Assembly (NCBI GenBank): GCA_951406725.2
Contig: OX597816.1
Span: forward strand, 161,386,001 to 161,450,000
DNA from: Octopus vulgaris
Lineage: Eukaryota
Direction of reading: 5' to 3'
Length of the DNA: 64,000 nt
Under the pieces are notes generated by a model, which saw nothing but the letters and a program-made list of their open reading frames with translations, was not told where the DNA came from and searched no databases. The position numbers were made by a program, and so were the translations under genes. Numbering within the stretch: position 1 is the stretch's first letter; each line of letters starts with the position of its first letter. Shown piece by piece: positions 26,995-40,643 of this stretch.

Positions 26995-27527
26995 AATATG
27001 TAAAGGAATATGAAACTAAACTGAGTTGGGTAAAGTATTTTACTCTAGAAGGCACTAAACTAACTCTGTCGAGTTTCAACAAACCTGCAATGATATATAT
27101 ACTGAAGGCGTTGTATCAGAGTTTTACCAGTTCTTAATTTTCTACATTTTATGTATTCAGATTATAACAACATACAACAATACAAAAGCTGTTATGTCTT
27201 GTTTCTCTGTTACTTCCACACCCACTCTTAAAACCCACTGCATCTAATTCTTTGCAACAATATTGTCTTCTTATCAATAGGTAAAGGCAATGACGCATTG
27301 ATTATCTTATTCATTTATTTTAAAATAGTTTGGTGCTGAAATTATAGGAAGAAGTGTAAGAGATGCTCTTAACAATTAACTACATTATTTCTATGGCAAA
27401 TATATATTTGTGGGAAATAAGCCTCAACAAAATACAAGATGAGACATATTTCACTAATCTAAATAGTTTATCTAGTTTCCAGTTTATGTCCAACTATTGT
27501 CGTTTTGCTTGTGAAGAATGTCTATAG

Positions 27528-27529
27528 TG

Positions 27530-27567
<38 letters not shown>

Positions 27568-27578
27568 TATATATATAT

Positions 27579-27670
<92 letters not shown>

Positions 27671-27822
27671 ACATACACACACTACAAACATTCATATGTA
27701 ATACATAGATGGACAGATAAATGTATATATATATATAGATATACATTTATATGTGTGAATATATATACATATATACAAACACATACATACATACATACAT
27801 ACATACAGACATACAGACACAC
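27528..27822. repeat. Compound (TA)n/(CA)n/(TACA)n microsatellite
   Basis: Direct inspection. Confidence 0.95.
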
Positions 27823-28908
27823 ACTGTGTAACTCTCTTTTCAGTGTGTATTACACGTATATACATACATCAACGCACATGCACTTGCACGTACAAAACTA
27901 ATAAACAAACAATGATTTTTGTTAAGGCACTTAACAGCACTTCACTATGTAAATGGCTCTCTGCTAACTGCCACTGGCATGTTTGGTTCTCACCATTAGA
28001 ACAGAACTATTTTAGGTTATTATTTCCAGTCCAGCCAACCTTCATATTATTATTCTGAACCACCGATGGGAAAAAGTCAGCTCTTTATATAATTTGACTG
28101 GAATTAGTCAATTGCAGTTGTGCTCTTTTACTCTTTCTCCAAAAATCTCCCCACCACACACACACATACACTCACACACATATATACATTCTCTCCTCTC
28201 TCCCCTTTTTCTCAGATACACTTCCATATATAAACACAAAGACATACACACATACATGCACACACGCACACACACAATTTACTTTACACTTGATTCTTTT
28301 TTCTTTTCCACTGTGTCACAGTTACATTATTGTTGTTGTTGTTGTTATTATTATTATTATCATCACTGTTTGTTTTTTTCTCCCTTTTCCAACATGTTTT
28401 ATCAGGGATATACTGTATTTACCATAGATTTACAACAGCATATCCCCAGAGTTGTATTCAAACCTTGCTCTTTTCTTAATTTCCAACCATTATCCCTGAA
28501 GCATTTTCCTTTATTTAACAACCATACAGTTTTATATATATATATATATATATCTCCTCTCTCTCTCTCTTTCCTTCATCTCTGATTTCAATTTCATCTT
28601 CATTGATCCTTTAACATTTAAAATGACCATATCTGGCCCAAATATTTTACCTGTTTTATGTTCAAACTGTCAAAAACTAGCTTCTTACACCTACCCTACA
28701 ATGTCATTCTAAAAATACACAATCACATCATTATAATTTCAAAGCCACAAGATTGGCTCAAAATGATTGATTCAAAACAATGTGAATTTATAAGTATTAA
28801 ACTTAACTGGGTAATCTGAATGCTTCCACCATATTTTACTTGATAAATATTATTCTACTTTAACAACTTGTTCCTATATCTAGCTCTCCATATGGTCCCT
28901 TCTCTTAA

Positions 28909-29135
28909 CCCATTAGTGCCCATGGCCTTTTTTTTTTTTTTGAGGATCAGAAGGATAATCCATCATATTTCTGCAACACCTGTATTTTTCTGAGATATCT
29001 TTAGTTATTCATCAAGACTGGAGTGTCTTTCAGATATTGTAATAAAAAATTTTTCATATATTTTGTATCAGATAAAGTCGTATAAAAAGAGATTTTTGAT
29101 AATAAATTAAATTAAAAAAACTGGGCACTAATAGG
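28909..29135. mobile_element. piggyBac-like MITE (family E3)
   Basis: TTAA TSDs; 14-bp TIRs CCCATTAGTGCCCA / TGGGCACTAATAGG (13 of 14). Confidence 0.8.
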
Positions 29136-29656
29136 TTAATCTTTTTTTTTCTTCTTTTCTCACTATGTTCTGTTCCCATTCTCTCTAGCTTCCATTTCTC
29201 CTTTCCTCTCATCAATTATCTTACCCCAGCCAGTTACAAATTAAGCCAGACCATCTCCATGTCTGACACTAACTAAAAAGGCCATCAACAATATAACAAC
29301 AACTGAAGAAATTGCTTGTCCTTCCTGTCTTCAAGCCAAGCACCTTAATATCAACAAATGTTGTAATTAACTCCACACAGTTCCTCTCTCTCTCTAGACA
29401 TTCTAGATTCATATAAGCTTTATTTCTTTCTCCACCCCACTCTTACTCTCTCACACATTTTCTTTTTCTGTCTATCCTTCTTCCTTCCTCTTTCTTCCTT
29501 CCTCTTCCTTCCTACATTTCTCTTTTATCTTTGACTTACTTTTCTCTCTTACTCTCACTTTTATCCCTTCCTCCTCCTATCACTCATCGCTTTTCCCCCT
29601 GTATTTCCTCTCTTTACTTCTCTGTTTCTTGATGCTTTTGTATTATTCCGGCTTGT

Positions 29657-29691
<35 letters not shown>

Positions 29692-29750
29692 CGTGTGTGT
29701 GTATGTGTGGATTGAGCTCATCTTACATCTTTGTCATGTTATAGTTGTGG

Positions 29751-29938
29751 GTGATGATGATGATGATGGTGATGACAACAACAATAATAATGATGATGAT
29801 GATGATGATGACAATGGTACCAGCAACAACAACGATGATGATGATGATGACAATGATGTTGATGATGACAACAATGATGATGATGATGATGATAATAATG
29901 ATGATGATGATAATGATGATGACAGCAATGACAACAAT
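29751..29938. repeat. Degenerate (GAT)/(AAC)/(AAT) trinucleotide tract between long pyrimidine-rich stretches
   Basis: Direct inspection. Confidence 0.9.
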
Positions 29939-30887
29939 ATTGTTTCTGTTCTACTTGCTTAACTTTAACTTCCTAATTTGTTTTCTTCTTTCTGTTTATT
30001 CCCTTTTTCTTCTTTATTTTTCTTTCTTTCATTCATTTTCATTTCTTCCTCTATCCTCCACTTCTTCACTTCTCCATCTATCCCCCTTTTATTTATTTTC
30101 AATTGAAATCCAGCTCCTCGGAATCTTGGTCCTGTAAATTATCTACTCTCCACCATACTTTAAATCTCAATGTCTCCATCAAAGAGATTATTCAAGGAGT
30201 TTCGTGCAATTTTTTTTCCCCTGTATCGAGATAAGTAAGGCATTTTGGTGCAACAATGAGACATGACTATGATAAAGATCTGAAGTACAGTTAATGATAT
30301 TAACTTCATACAAACATAACCTCAGCTAATACAACATAGTTTTCATGCATCTGATATATAGATTTCTCTCCAAGATAAAACTTAATTGTTCCTTATAATC
30401 TTTTTTGATGTGTGCCAAAATGAGTTAGGGCTAAGAGCCAGAGTTTATTAACCTGGAATATTTCTTCAGCATACCACTGAGAATTAACAGTTCCAGCAGG
30501 TAAGAGGAGTAAAAATATCTGTAAATATCTGTTACCTGTTAAAATCGATTCCAAATTTATTGATTTCAAGCTCATAAAATTTTTTATATATATATACTAT
30601 TTTTTTTTCTATATAGATAGTGTGGATATATAATGAAGACCTCACCAATGTAGATTAGTAATTTTAGAATAGTTACACGTATAGCTGTCAAGAGCCTTGT
30701 TCATTTTATGCAATAAATAAAGAAGCCATGTTTGACATTAAAATCTTGTAATGATAATGGAAGAGGTAGCTGTTTGGAGAACATATCCTTTAAATACTAA
30801 TATCTATAATTTAAAACATTCTAAATACAACTGGCCCTCTGTCGGTTACAACAACAAGTGTTCCAGTTCATCTGATCAATGGAAAAG

Positions 30888-31062
30888 CATCATCATCATC
30901 ATCATCATCGTTTAACGTCCGTTTTCCATGCTAGCATGGGTTGGACGGTTCGACCGGGGTCTGGGAAGCCAGGAGGCTGCACCAGGCTCTAGTCTGATCT
31001 GGCAGTGTTTCTACAGCTGGATGCCCTTCCTAACGCCAACCACTCCGTGAGTGTAGTGGGTG
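30888..31062 (-). mobile_element. Family C retroposon 3' end with (GAT)n tail
   Basis: Minus strand GTTGGCGTTAGGAAGGGCATCCAGCTGTAGAAAC...CGGACGTTAAAC(GAT)n; near-identical copies at 38072-38233, 44643-44800 and 50841-50992 (+). Confidence 0.85.
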
Positions 31063-31255
31063 AAATCAATATGCAGGTGTGACTGTGTGGTAAGAAGCTT
31101 GCTTCCCAACCACATGGTTCCAGGTTCGGTCCTAATGCGTGGCACCTTGGGCAAGTGTCTTCTACTATAGCCTCAAGCTGACCAGAGCCTTATGAGTGGA
31201 TTTGGTGGACAGAAACTGAAAGAAGCTCCTTGTGTGTGTATATATATATGTATTC

Positions 31256-31495
31256 TTTATTAAAATGGCAGCAAAAATATCACAATAACTGTTACTCAAA
31301 GTTTCATGTTCCCATTTGTCGGACAGTTTTATTTAGATTCTAAACAAAACTGTCTGACAAACAGGAATGTGAAACTTTCAGAAACAGTTTTTGTGATATT
31401 TTTGCTGCCTCTTTAATAAAATATATTACTCTACCTTTGGTATTTGAAAACTATTTTCTCCACCTTGCTTCACATATATGTGCTTACTCTGGTAT
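31256..31495. mobile_element. Penelope-like pseudo-LTR relic in inverted arrangement, inside a family A SINE (about 31073-31630)
   Basis: About 165-bp imperfect palindrome at 31256-31420; each arm contains a minimal hammerhead motif. Confidence 0.65.
31348..31389 (+). ncRNA. Degenerate minimal type I hammerhead ribozyme motif (mirror copy at 31287-31328 on minus)
   Basis: AACTGT-CTGACAA-ACA GGAA TGT-GAAAC-TTTCA-GAA-ACAGTT; stems I and II pair; core G8 is mutated. Confidence 0.6.
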
Positions 31496-33579
31496 ATATA
31501 TGTATGTATGTATGTATGTGCGTGCGTGCGTGTGTGCGTGTGTATGTATGTATTTGTGTGTTTGTGTCTGTGCTTGTCCCCCCCCACCCCATCATTTGAC
31601 AACCGATGTTGGTGTGTTTATGTCCCTTACATGCCTTCTAATGTTGTGATAGTGGTTTTGATGACAACTATGATGAGACTCCTTTTTTCGGCAGGACCAA
31701 ATTAAAAAAAAAATTTATTAAAAGTACAGATATTTTAAACATTTCTCTCGTACATAATGCACTAGATGAATAGTAAATATTAACAGGAAATTAATTTGAA
31801 ATATGGCAGATCTATTTACTGTAAACTTGGAATTGTGAATTAAGTTCCTTGGGATTATGAATACAGATGTGTTTTGGCACAGTATTTAAGTATTTTTTAT
31901 TGCTCAAGAGGAGGAGTAAGGGTTGTACTTGTAGTAGTTTTTGTAATCTCTGAATCTGGTGGGGAAGGGGAATTGAGAGGAAACCCTGTGCATTCTGAGA
32001 CTGGATACTTGGATCAAATGCTTGCAATAGCCTAGATATTACTACAAGTATCCAGTGCTCAGCTGATGGGGTTAAATCAGGTGATGGATTCAGTCAGTGT
32101 CCCAACTGCAGATACAATCCATGTGATAGGCTGACACTCAACAATGTGAGAAGAATCAGTATAACCTACCTTTTGTGTTGTGTCTGAGGAGAGTCATATT
32201 GTTTTAATGCCTTATTATCTAACACACTCACTGGTTTGATTTCTACTCATTTCTTATTTATATTTTTCTTCCAAAATTCTCATTGCTTTTGCAACGTTGC
32301 CTCTTGTGGATATGTATGATTGCCTGATTTTTCTACAGATGTAATCAGGCTAACCATAAACCCTATCAGGTATTTGTCTGTAAGAACACTGGACTCCAAA
32401 AACTTTTAAGGAGTTGTGTTTAGCTCTAGCTTCACAAGGCTTGGCATGGTCTTAGACCGTAGTAAAACATACTTCCTCAAGGTGCCTGACAGTGGGATTG
32501 AACTAGATTCTTTATAACATGATGTTCTACTCTATTTTTATATCCTCTCTTCTCTACCAAGGATGGCTCCTCTCTGAAATATTGGTTGCTTCTGCTCTTC
32601 TTCTCCACACTATCATATTTCACATAGAGCATTTTACAAAAATACAGTTTCCTTTTTTTTTTATGAATGATTTAATGTTATTTAGATGATTTAGAATAGA
32701 ATATGTTATCAACACCCTCTCTTTCTACTTTTCTTCTTTATCATCACCATCACCATCATCAACAGTATTATTATCATCATCTTTGTCTTTGTCATTGTCG
32801 TGACTGCAACATCCTTCCTTATGCTTAACATGGGCTAGAGGTGATATAATACGATGATAGAGAATATGATTTGGAATGACAAGACATGGCATAATGTAAT
32901 ATGAGAATGTGAAATCTATAATATAGACTGGCTTATATAATACCATTCATACAAAACAATGATCAATCATTTAAGTGTATGAGGAGGGCGTATACATGAA
33001 TGCGTGTATGTGCATGAGTTTGTGTGCGTGGACTTGTTTATATATGTGTATGCTTGAGTTTGTGTGTGTACATACATGAATGTGTGTGTGTGCATGAGTT
33101 TGTATGTGTGCATACGTGAATATGTGTGTGTGCATGAGTTTGTGTGTGTATGTGTGTTCATGAGATTGGGTGTGTCCATATGTGAATGTGTGTGTGTGTG
33201 CATGCATGAGTTTGCGTGTGTGTGTATGTGTGTGTGTGTGTGCTTGTGTATTTAGTATGCCTTTTTCCTGACATTGGACACTAATTGTAAGCAAACATCA
33301 CCATCATACAAGTGGTAACACTCAATTGCATCCTTTCATGAAAACGCATCCAGCCATTGTGCTGTTCGTGTTCAACGGCTTAGAGTATACCATATTTACT
33401 TTACTTGCAAACAGTTGAAGGTTGGCAAGAGGAAGAGCATCCAGCTGTAAATACTCTGCCTCTATATAATTCATCCAAGTGAATCAAACATGGAAAAGTA
33501 GATGTTGGGACAATCATGATAACAGCAATGATGGTGTTGGTGATGTGTGTTTGTAAACAGCTATATTTAAAGGCACATA

Positions 33580-34026
33580 TATACTTTTCTACTCTAGGTA
33601 CAAGGTGTGAAATGTTGGGGGAGGGGCCGGACAATTAGATCGACCCCAGTATGCAACTGATACTTAATTTATTGACCCCAAAAGGATGAAAGGCAAAGTC
33701 GACTTCAGCAGAATTTGAACTCAGAATGTAAAGACAGACGAAATACTGCTAAGCATTTCACCCGGCGTGCTAACAATTCTGCCAGCTTGCCACCTTGCTA
33801 ATACTGTATATTCTTTTCTACTCTAGACACAAGGCACAGAATTTTTGGGTAGGGAGCCAATCGATTAGATCGACCACAGTATACTACTGGTTCTTAATTT
33901 ATCGACCCTGAAAGGATAAAAGGCAAAGTCGACCTCGGCGGAATTTGAACTCAGGATGTAAAAACAGACGAAATACTGCTAAGCAATTTGCCTGGTGGAC
34001 TAACGATTCTGCCAGTTTGTTGCCTT
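33580..34026 (-). mobile_element. Two adjacent full family B monomers (tail 1)
   Basis: Each unit has its own head and tail; spacer of about 12 bp near 33797-33808. Confidence 0.85.
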
Positions 34027-34372
34027 TAAAGGCAGGTATATAGAGACAGACAATGACAAACATAGCATCAAATATATAGATATTTACAGAAAGCACATAA
34101 TTACAAAAAAACTGAAGGATATAGATCTATGCACACTAGTAGCCACATAGACAGACATGCCCTTTTTATCTGTTGCCTGTTTCAGTCATTAGACTGTGGC
34201 CATGCTGGGGCACCACCCTGAAGAAATTTTTAGTTGAATGAATTGACACCAGTATCTTTTTTTTTTTTAAAGCTTGGTAATTCTATCAATCACTTTTAGC
34301 AAACTGCTAAGTTATGGTGAGATATACACACCAATACTGGTTGTCAAGCAGTGCTGGGGTAACAAGCATACA

Positions 34373-34433
<61 letters not shown>

Positions 34434-34697
34434 GCGCAACATGGTGGTTTTCCAGCATGGCCACAGCATCTGGGCTGAAACATATAAAGGAAAAAGAATC
34501 AATATATCTATCTATCTATCTATATATATGTATATATATATATGTGTGTGTGTATGTATATATATATATATACATACACATATATACACACACACACACA
34601 AATATATATATATATATATATATACTAAAAATTAATATAAATACATATATATGTATATGTATACATATATATGTAAATGTATATATGTGTGTGTGTG

Positions 34698-34799
<102 letters not shown>

Positions 34800-36017
34800 T
34801 AAACATTAATATAAACAACCAGGCGCAATATATATATATATATATATATAGATGACAGGCTTCTTTCAGTTTCCATCTACCAAATGCACTCACAAGGCTT
34901 TGGTTGACCCAAGGCTGTAGTAGAAAATAGTTGCCCAAGGTATCATGCTGTGAGACTGAACATGGAACACTGTGGTAGGAAAGCAAACTTCTTATCACAC
35001 TCCCACACCTGCAGCTACAAAACCAAATATAAATACAAAGTGACGGATAAACAGGCTTAACTTGCCGTACATATCCATACATAATATTTATTTTCATGTG
35101 CTAAAATTATCCAACTCTGCTAAGTTATTGGTAATTGTCACAGACAGAGATGGTGCTGTTTCACTGTTTTCGCTGTATTTTCCAGCTGCCTACATTCTTC
35201 ATTCTTAGTCTTCATAAATTCTGAAATTTCTTTTTAATGTGTCTTGAGTAATCTAATATTCGAGTGAATAGCAGCCTGGGTGGGGAATGAATTCATTAAG
35301 CTATACATAACTATTGGTACTTTTTTTGTTCATATTACATATAATTTCATAATAATCTACTTAGACTTGCTAATTCTAAACCAATTTTAGGTATTAAGAT
35401 ACACTATTACGAACCATACTGGGTGCCAGTCTCTCGAAATTTTATGAAGGTGCTTCTCATTTTGGTTGTTTTCAGTGTTTCCATGGTTAAACTAAATTTC
35501 TCTTGCCTTGTGGAGTATGTAGTATTTGTTTTGTTATAGTAAATCTGACAGACTACAACAAGGCTAGCCTTATGTTGATATGTTGTTGCTGTGTATCAGC
35601 TCTAGTCAAACAGATGAATGATCAAAGGTGTCCCAGACAGAATAATCTTTCAGATTTTTTTCTTCTCTCTCAGACTTCATTATTTAATGTCCTTTTTTTT
35701 TATGATGATATAGTGTGATTTGATCAGGAATTAATTGCTATTTTTTTAAAAGAAAAGAAAAGAAAATGCTTTCTTTACCTTTCCTCTTTATTTTTAACTT
35801 GTTTCAGTCATTGGACTGTGGCCATACTGGGGCAATGCCTTGGAGGGTTTTAATCAAACAAATCAGTTCCACTACTTACTTATTAAGTCAAGTGCTTTTT
35901 CTGTCTGTTTCTTTTGCTAATCCCAAAGTTATGGGAATGTAAACACACCAACATGGGGTGTCAAACAATAGGGGCAAGAAAGAAACACACACATAGAGAG
36001 AGAGAGAGAGTTATGAA

Positions 36018-36049
<32 letters not shown>

Positions 36050-36083
36050 CATATACATACAAATAAATATACATACAAATATA

Positions 36084-36974
36084 CAGGGTATCCCAAAAGT
36101 CACTGATGGGTTTCAATTTTTAATAACTTCCTTAACTTAACAAATAAATGCATAAAATTTTGATACAATATAAAAGGACATAATGGAAATTAATATGCAC
36201 AAGTCAAACTATGCAACACCACTACATCACATATGAAAAATGACATTACTTAAATGGCAGCTATTTTCGGCTTCGCACATTTGTGCTCTTTCCAAAACTT
36301 GCACCGTAACACCTTCAAGAGTTTCAGTCCCGACTTCTCTGATTTCTCTATTGATGGTCTCCTTCAGTTGCATCAGGGTTTCTGGTTTGTTGACATAAAC
36401 CCTCTCTTTCAGGTATCCCTACAAGAAAAAATCTGGGCTAGTCAAGTCTGGAGAACATGAAGGTCAGTTGACATTGCCGTAGCGGGAGATTATTCTCTCT
36501 CCAAAGCACTGCTGTAGCAACTGCATCATTTCTCTTGTAGTATGAGCAGTTGCCCCATCTTGCTGGAACCATGTGTGAGGTCTACTTTGAATGGCCTTCA
36601 TGTTTCCCAGACTTGACTAGCCTGGAATTTTTTTCTTGTGGAGATACGTGAAAGAGAGGGTTTACGTCAACAAACCAGATAGCCTGGTACAACTGAAGGA
36701 GAACATCAATATAGAAATCAGAGAAGTGTGGTCTGAAACTCTTGAGGATGTTATGATGCAAGTTTTGGAAAGTGCACGGCGTGCAAAGCCGAAAATGGTT
36801 GGCATTTAAGTGATGTCATTTTTCAGTTGTGATGTAATGGTGTCGCCAAATTCGACTTGTGCATATTAATTTCCATTACATCCTTTATATTTTATCAAAA
36901 TTTTATGCATTTATTTGTTAAGTTAAAGAAGTTATTAAAAACTGAAACCCATCAGTGACTTTTGGGATACCCTG
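36084..36974. mobile_element. Foldback non-autonomous Tc1/mariner element derived from a DD41D (rosa/VS-type) transposase
   Basis: TA TSDs; termini CAGGGTATCCCAAAAGTCACTGATGGG; inverted arms of about 383 bp; minus strand WFQQDGATAH...*PSCSPDLTSPDFFL*GYLKERVY with 41 residues between the second and third catalytic Asp. Confidence 0.92.
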
Positions 36975-37216
<242 letters not shown>

Positions 37217-37623
37217 GCTCAAGGTACTGTGCTGTAGAACTGAACTCAAAGCCATACAAATCAAACTTCTTAACCACATGGTGAAGCCTGTGCCTGTATG
37301 AAATATTTGAGAAATTTGGACTAATTTAATTAATGAAGTGATGTATGCTTGTAATTGGTAGAAAAAGAAAAATTACTAAGCTGAGAAACTGGTTACTTAA
37401 AATTTATGTAATTCATCTTATTTTTGTACAACCAACTAAATAACTAATTAACAGTTCAATGACATCTTTTATTGATTTTATTACTAATAGTGCTGTTTTA
37501 TTTAGTATTTGAAATAAAAGTTGCAAAAATTAAATCAGTATTTTGCATAATGAATAATAAGAATCAAATTTAAGAATTTTCACCTAATCTTACATTTCAG
37601 GCAAATTCTATTCTTGTTATTCA

Positions 37624-37712
37624 CTAGCTGGCCCCCGTGCCGTTAAAAATGATGGCTAATTGTAGTATTTTATACATTAATATGGATGGTAAATCAAATT
37701 AATACACTTGTC
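37624..37712 (-). mobile_element. Helitron 3' terminus fragment
   Basis: A|CTAG end with subterminal hairpin GCCGTT-AAAAAT-GATGGC 11 nt away; other end not found. Confidence 0.5.
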
Positions 37713-38252
37713 AGTGTTATCCACACCAGGCTCCAATCTGATCTGGCAATGTTTCTACAGTTGGATGCCCTTCCTAACACCAACCATTCTGAGAGTGTAG
37801 TGGGGCCTTTTTAATGCCACCGACATGGGAGCCATGTAAAAAGCATGTTCAGATGGTGCTTTTTACGTGCTACCAGCGCAGGAGCCAATCAGGCGGTGTG
37901 GGGGGATGGGGCATGGGCTGACATTGACCATGTTCGGATAGTGCTTTTTATGTGCCACCAGCACGGGGAGCCAGCCAGGCGGTACTGGCAATGACTCAAG
38001 CATAAATGGTGGTTATTGCATGCCACCAGCATGGTCACAACTACAATTTCCATTTGATTCCCTTAATGAATATCATCATCATCATCATCATCATCATCGT
38101 TTAACGTCCGCTTTCCATGCTAGCATGGGTTGGACGGTTCAACTGGGGTCTGGCAAGCCCGAAGGCTGCACCAGGCCAGTCAGATATGGCAGTGTTTCTA
38201 CAGCTGGATGCCCTTCCTAACGCCAACCACTCCGACCACACATATAATAATG

Positions 38253-38302
<50 letters not shown>

Positions 38303-38829
38303 CTCGTGGCTTCTGATCTTAACTGATTGGAAGTGTTATCATGTACATTGTTTTGTCTTGGTATAAAAGATGGGCTACAGCAAATATTCTGCTCAATACC
38401 ACAGATTTGTTTGTCATTTGTTTGACCTTAACCAGTTGAGCATGTACCCTAGTGGCTGACGATATGTGCATCTCTGATCATGAGCAGAAGTAGTGGGGAA
38501 GCATCATAGCCATGTGTTGAGAGGGATTCTTTGGGGTTTGAATAACTCACCTCTGGAAACATGGGTGTTTCATTCAACATCCTTAAACAGCCCTTATTCA
38601 GGGACCTTTTGAATGGGATGGGTTACTCGACCAGAAGAAAATTCTAACTGGGCCCCACCTGCAAGGTCATGATTTGTTTATCTTGATATGAGATCACCGT
38701 GTTGCGCACTTATGCTTGTGATGCATGTGCCTAGTGTACCCTTATCAGACGGGTAGTCATGATGGGTATACTGGGCTTCGTATATTTTACCCCAGTGTCA
38801 CTTTGATGGCATGCACTGCTCTCTTACTC
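38303..38829 (+). mobile_element. 5'-truncated non-LTR retrotransposon end in (AAT)n, probably Dong/R4 clade
   Basis: Complex 527-bp segment bounded on both sides by (AAT)n; Dong elements are known to target (TAA)n; no ORF available to confirm. Confidence 0.6.
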
Positions 38830-39249
38830 AATAATAATAATGATAATTTCTCAAGTTCTTGCGATTTCCAATTCTTTGATATTGAATCTATGCATCAGCA
38901 TGTGGCAGATATTAGTGTATGGGTGAGTTCTCAGTAGACTACTATTCAGTTCCTGGTTGGAATCACTGTGTTGCTGATACCCTGCAAATGGTCTGTACAT
39001 TGTAATTCCCCACATCCCTTCCATTGTACATAAATGGTTTCATAAGAATATGAAATGGATTGTGTGTCTGCATGTGTATATGTGTAGCTATATGCACGTG
39101 CCTGTGACTGTATGTATGCATGTACATGTGTCCATGTGTGGTTATTGTCTTGATAATATTCTAGCAGGCAAGTGATAATTTAAACCAGTTCCATGTAAAC
39201 AATACTTTGCTAAATGCAGAAAAAGAATATTAATAATAATAATAATAAT

Positions 39250-39295
<46 letters not shown>

Positions 39296-39821
39296 GTATT
39301 TATAATTTATCAGAAAAACAAATAAAAATTACTGCATTGCAAATTTGAGCAAAGCAATAAAAGAACCATGAACCATGTTTGCTGTTGTTCTGAATAGATG
39401 ATTAACAATGGTCGTTAAGTTAGGAGTTTACATCAATAATAGAAAATCCATCTTTCATTTTTGCTCAGACAGGAGGCACTTAAACTTTAACTCGTAGCTA
39501 CATTGTCAAATATTAGCTACCATTTTGTTGAAAACCATATACAATGAATGTTACCCTATACAAATGTAGCTATTGTATTTTCTCTTCTGTTATCAAATTA
39601 GTATCAAATTTTTGCTAATCTTCCTACTTAATTGTTGATGATTATTGCTTCTAGTTAATAGTGAGGAGTGGTTTACTAAAGACTTGCCTAAATGGGCAAT
39701 TGTATAAATTCTCGTTTGAATTGTTAAGTAGAGTTAATATTCAATTGTTCATGGAGTAAATTGCCCAAGAAAATAAGAAGTTAATTAAGTGACTTGCTGA
39801 GTTGAGTGTAATATTACTTAA

Positions 39822-40076
39822 CCCTTTTAAGACCATATTTCAGACTAAATATACTTATGTTTCCAGATTAATTTTGAATGTAATATAAAATTTAAAGGAA
39901 TTGTGATAAAATAACCGACTTTTTCATTATTACGCTACTGTTTGAAATATAACTGAACAACATACTCTTACATGAAAAGAATAATGGATAGTTTTAATGT
40001 AAATACAAACATTTTAAAACAGGCAGCCTTGTTTCATAGAACCAGAAGTGATATCAAGGGAATTTGTATCAAAAGG
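39822..40076. mobile_element. Old E1-type piggyBac-like MITE, inverted
   Basis: TTAA-CCCTTTTAAGACC ... GTATCAAAAGG; homology to 10189-10410. Confidence 0.6.
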
Positions 40077-40643
40077 AAAAATAATTAATTATTCTAAACT
40101 GACTGAACTATGCAGGCTTTGTTATTTTGTTTCACTCTACAAAACATGCATTTTCCTTTTTATTTTTCCCTCTCTCCCTTTGTTTTCTAACTATAGAACT
40201 TTTAGTCTGTGAATTATGGTATTTAATTTTAAGAACCGTGGTCAGAGACATGAGAACAGTTTCAGCCATTCATAGTAATCGTTTATATTTTATATCTGTT
40301 TTGGGAGTATATTCATTAACTGACTCAAAAATCACAGTAGTTTTATTCTTTCATATAAAATGAACCAAAGTTATATGTAGAATCATGATTATCATTAATA
40401 CATCTAACGTTACTTATTTATGAACGTTTACAGTTATAACAGTAGCTCACCCAGTATCAGAAAATTTATTGCAAATCAGATAAGCTAAAAAAATAGAATA
40501 AAAATGAATCAGGTTCTTATGAGAATATTAGTTGTACTGAATTCAGGAAAGATTCTAGGATGTGCTGGAATTTACTTTCTTCATTTTAATATTGGTTACA
40601 TTCTTGATTTGATATTTTTATATAAACTTATATTTATATATAT

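Noticed and set aside
40197-40218. Microexon after a long pyrimidine tract
   Set aside because: Donor GTATTT is weak, the 22-nt length shifts frame, and there is no other support
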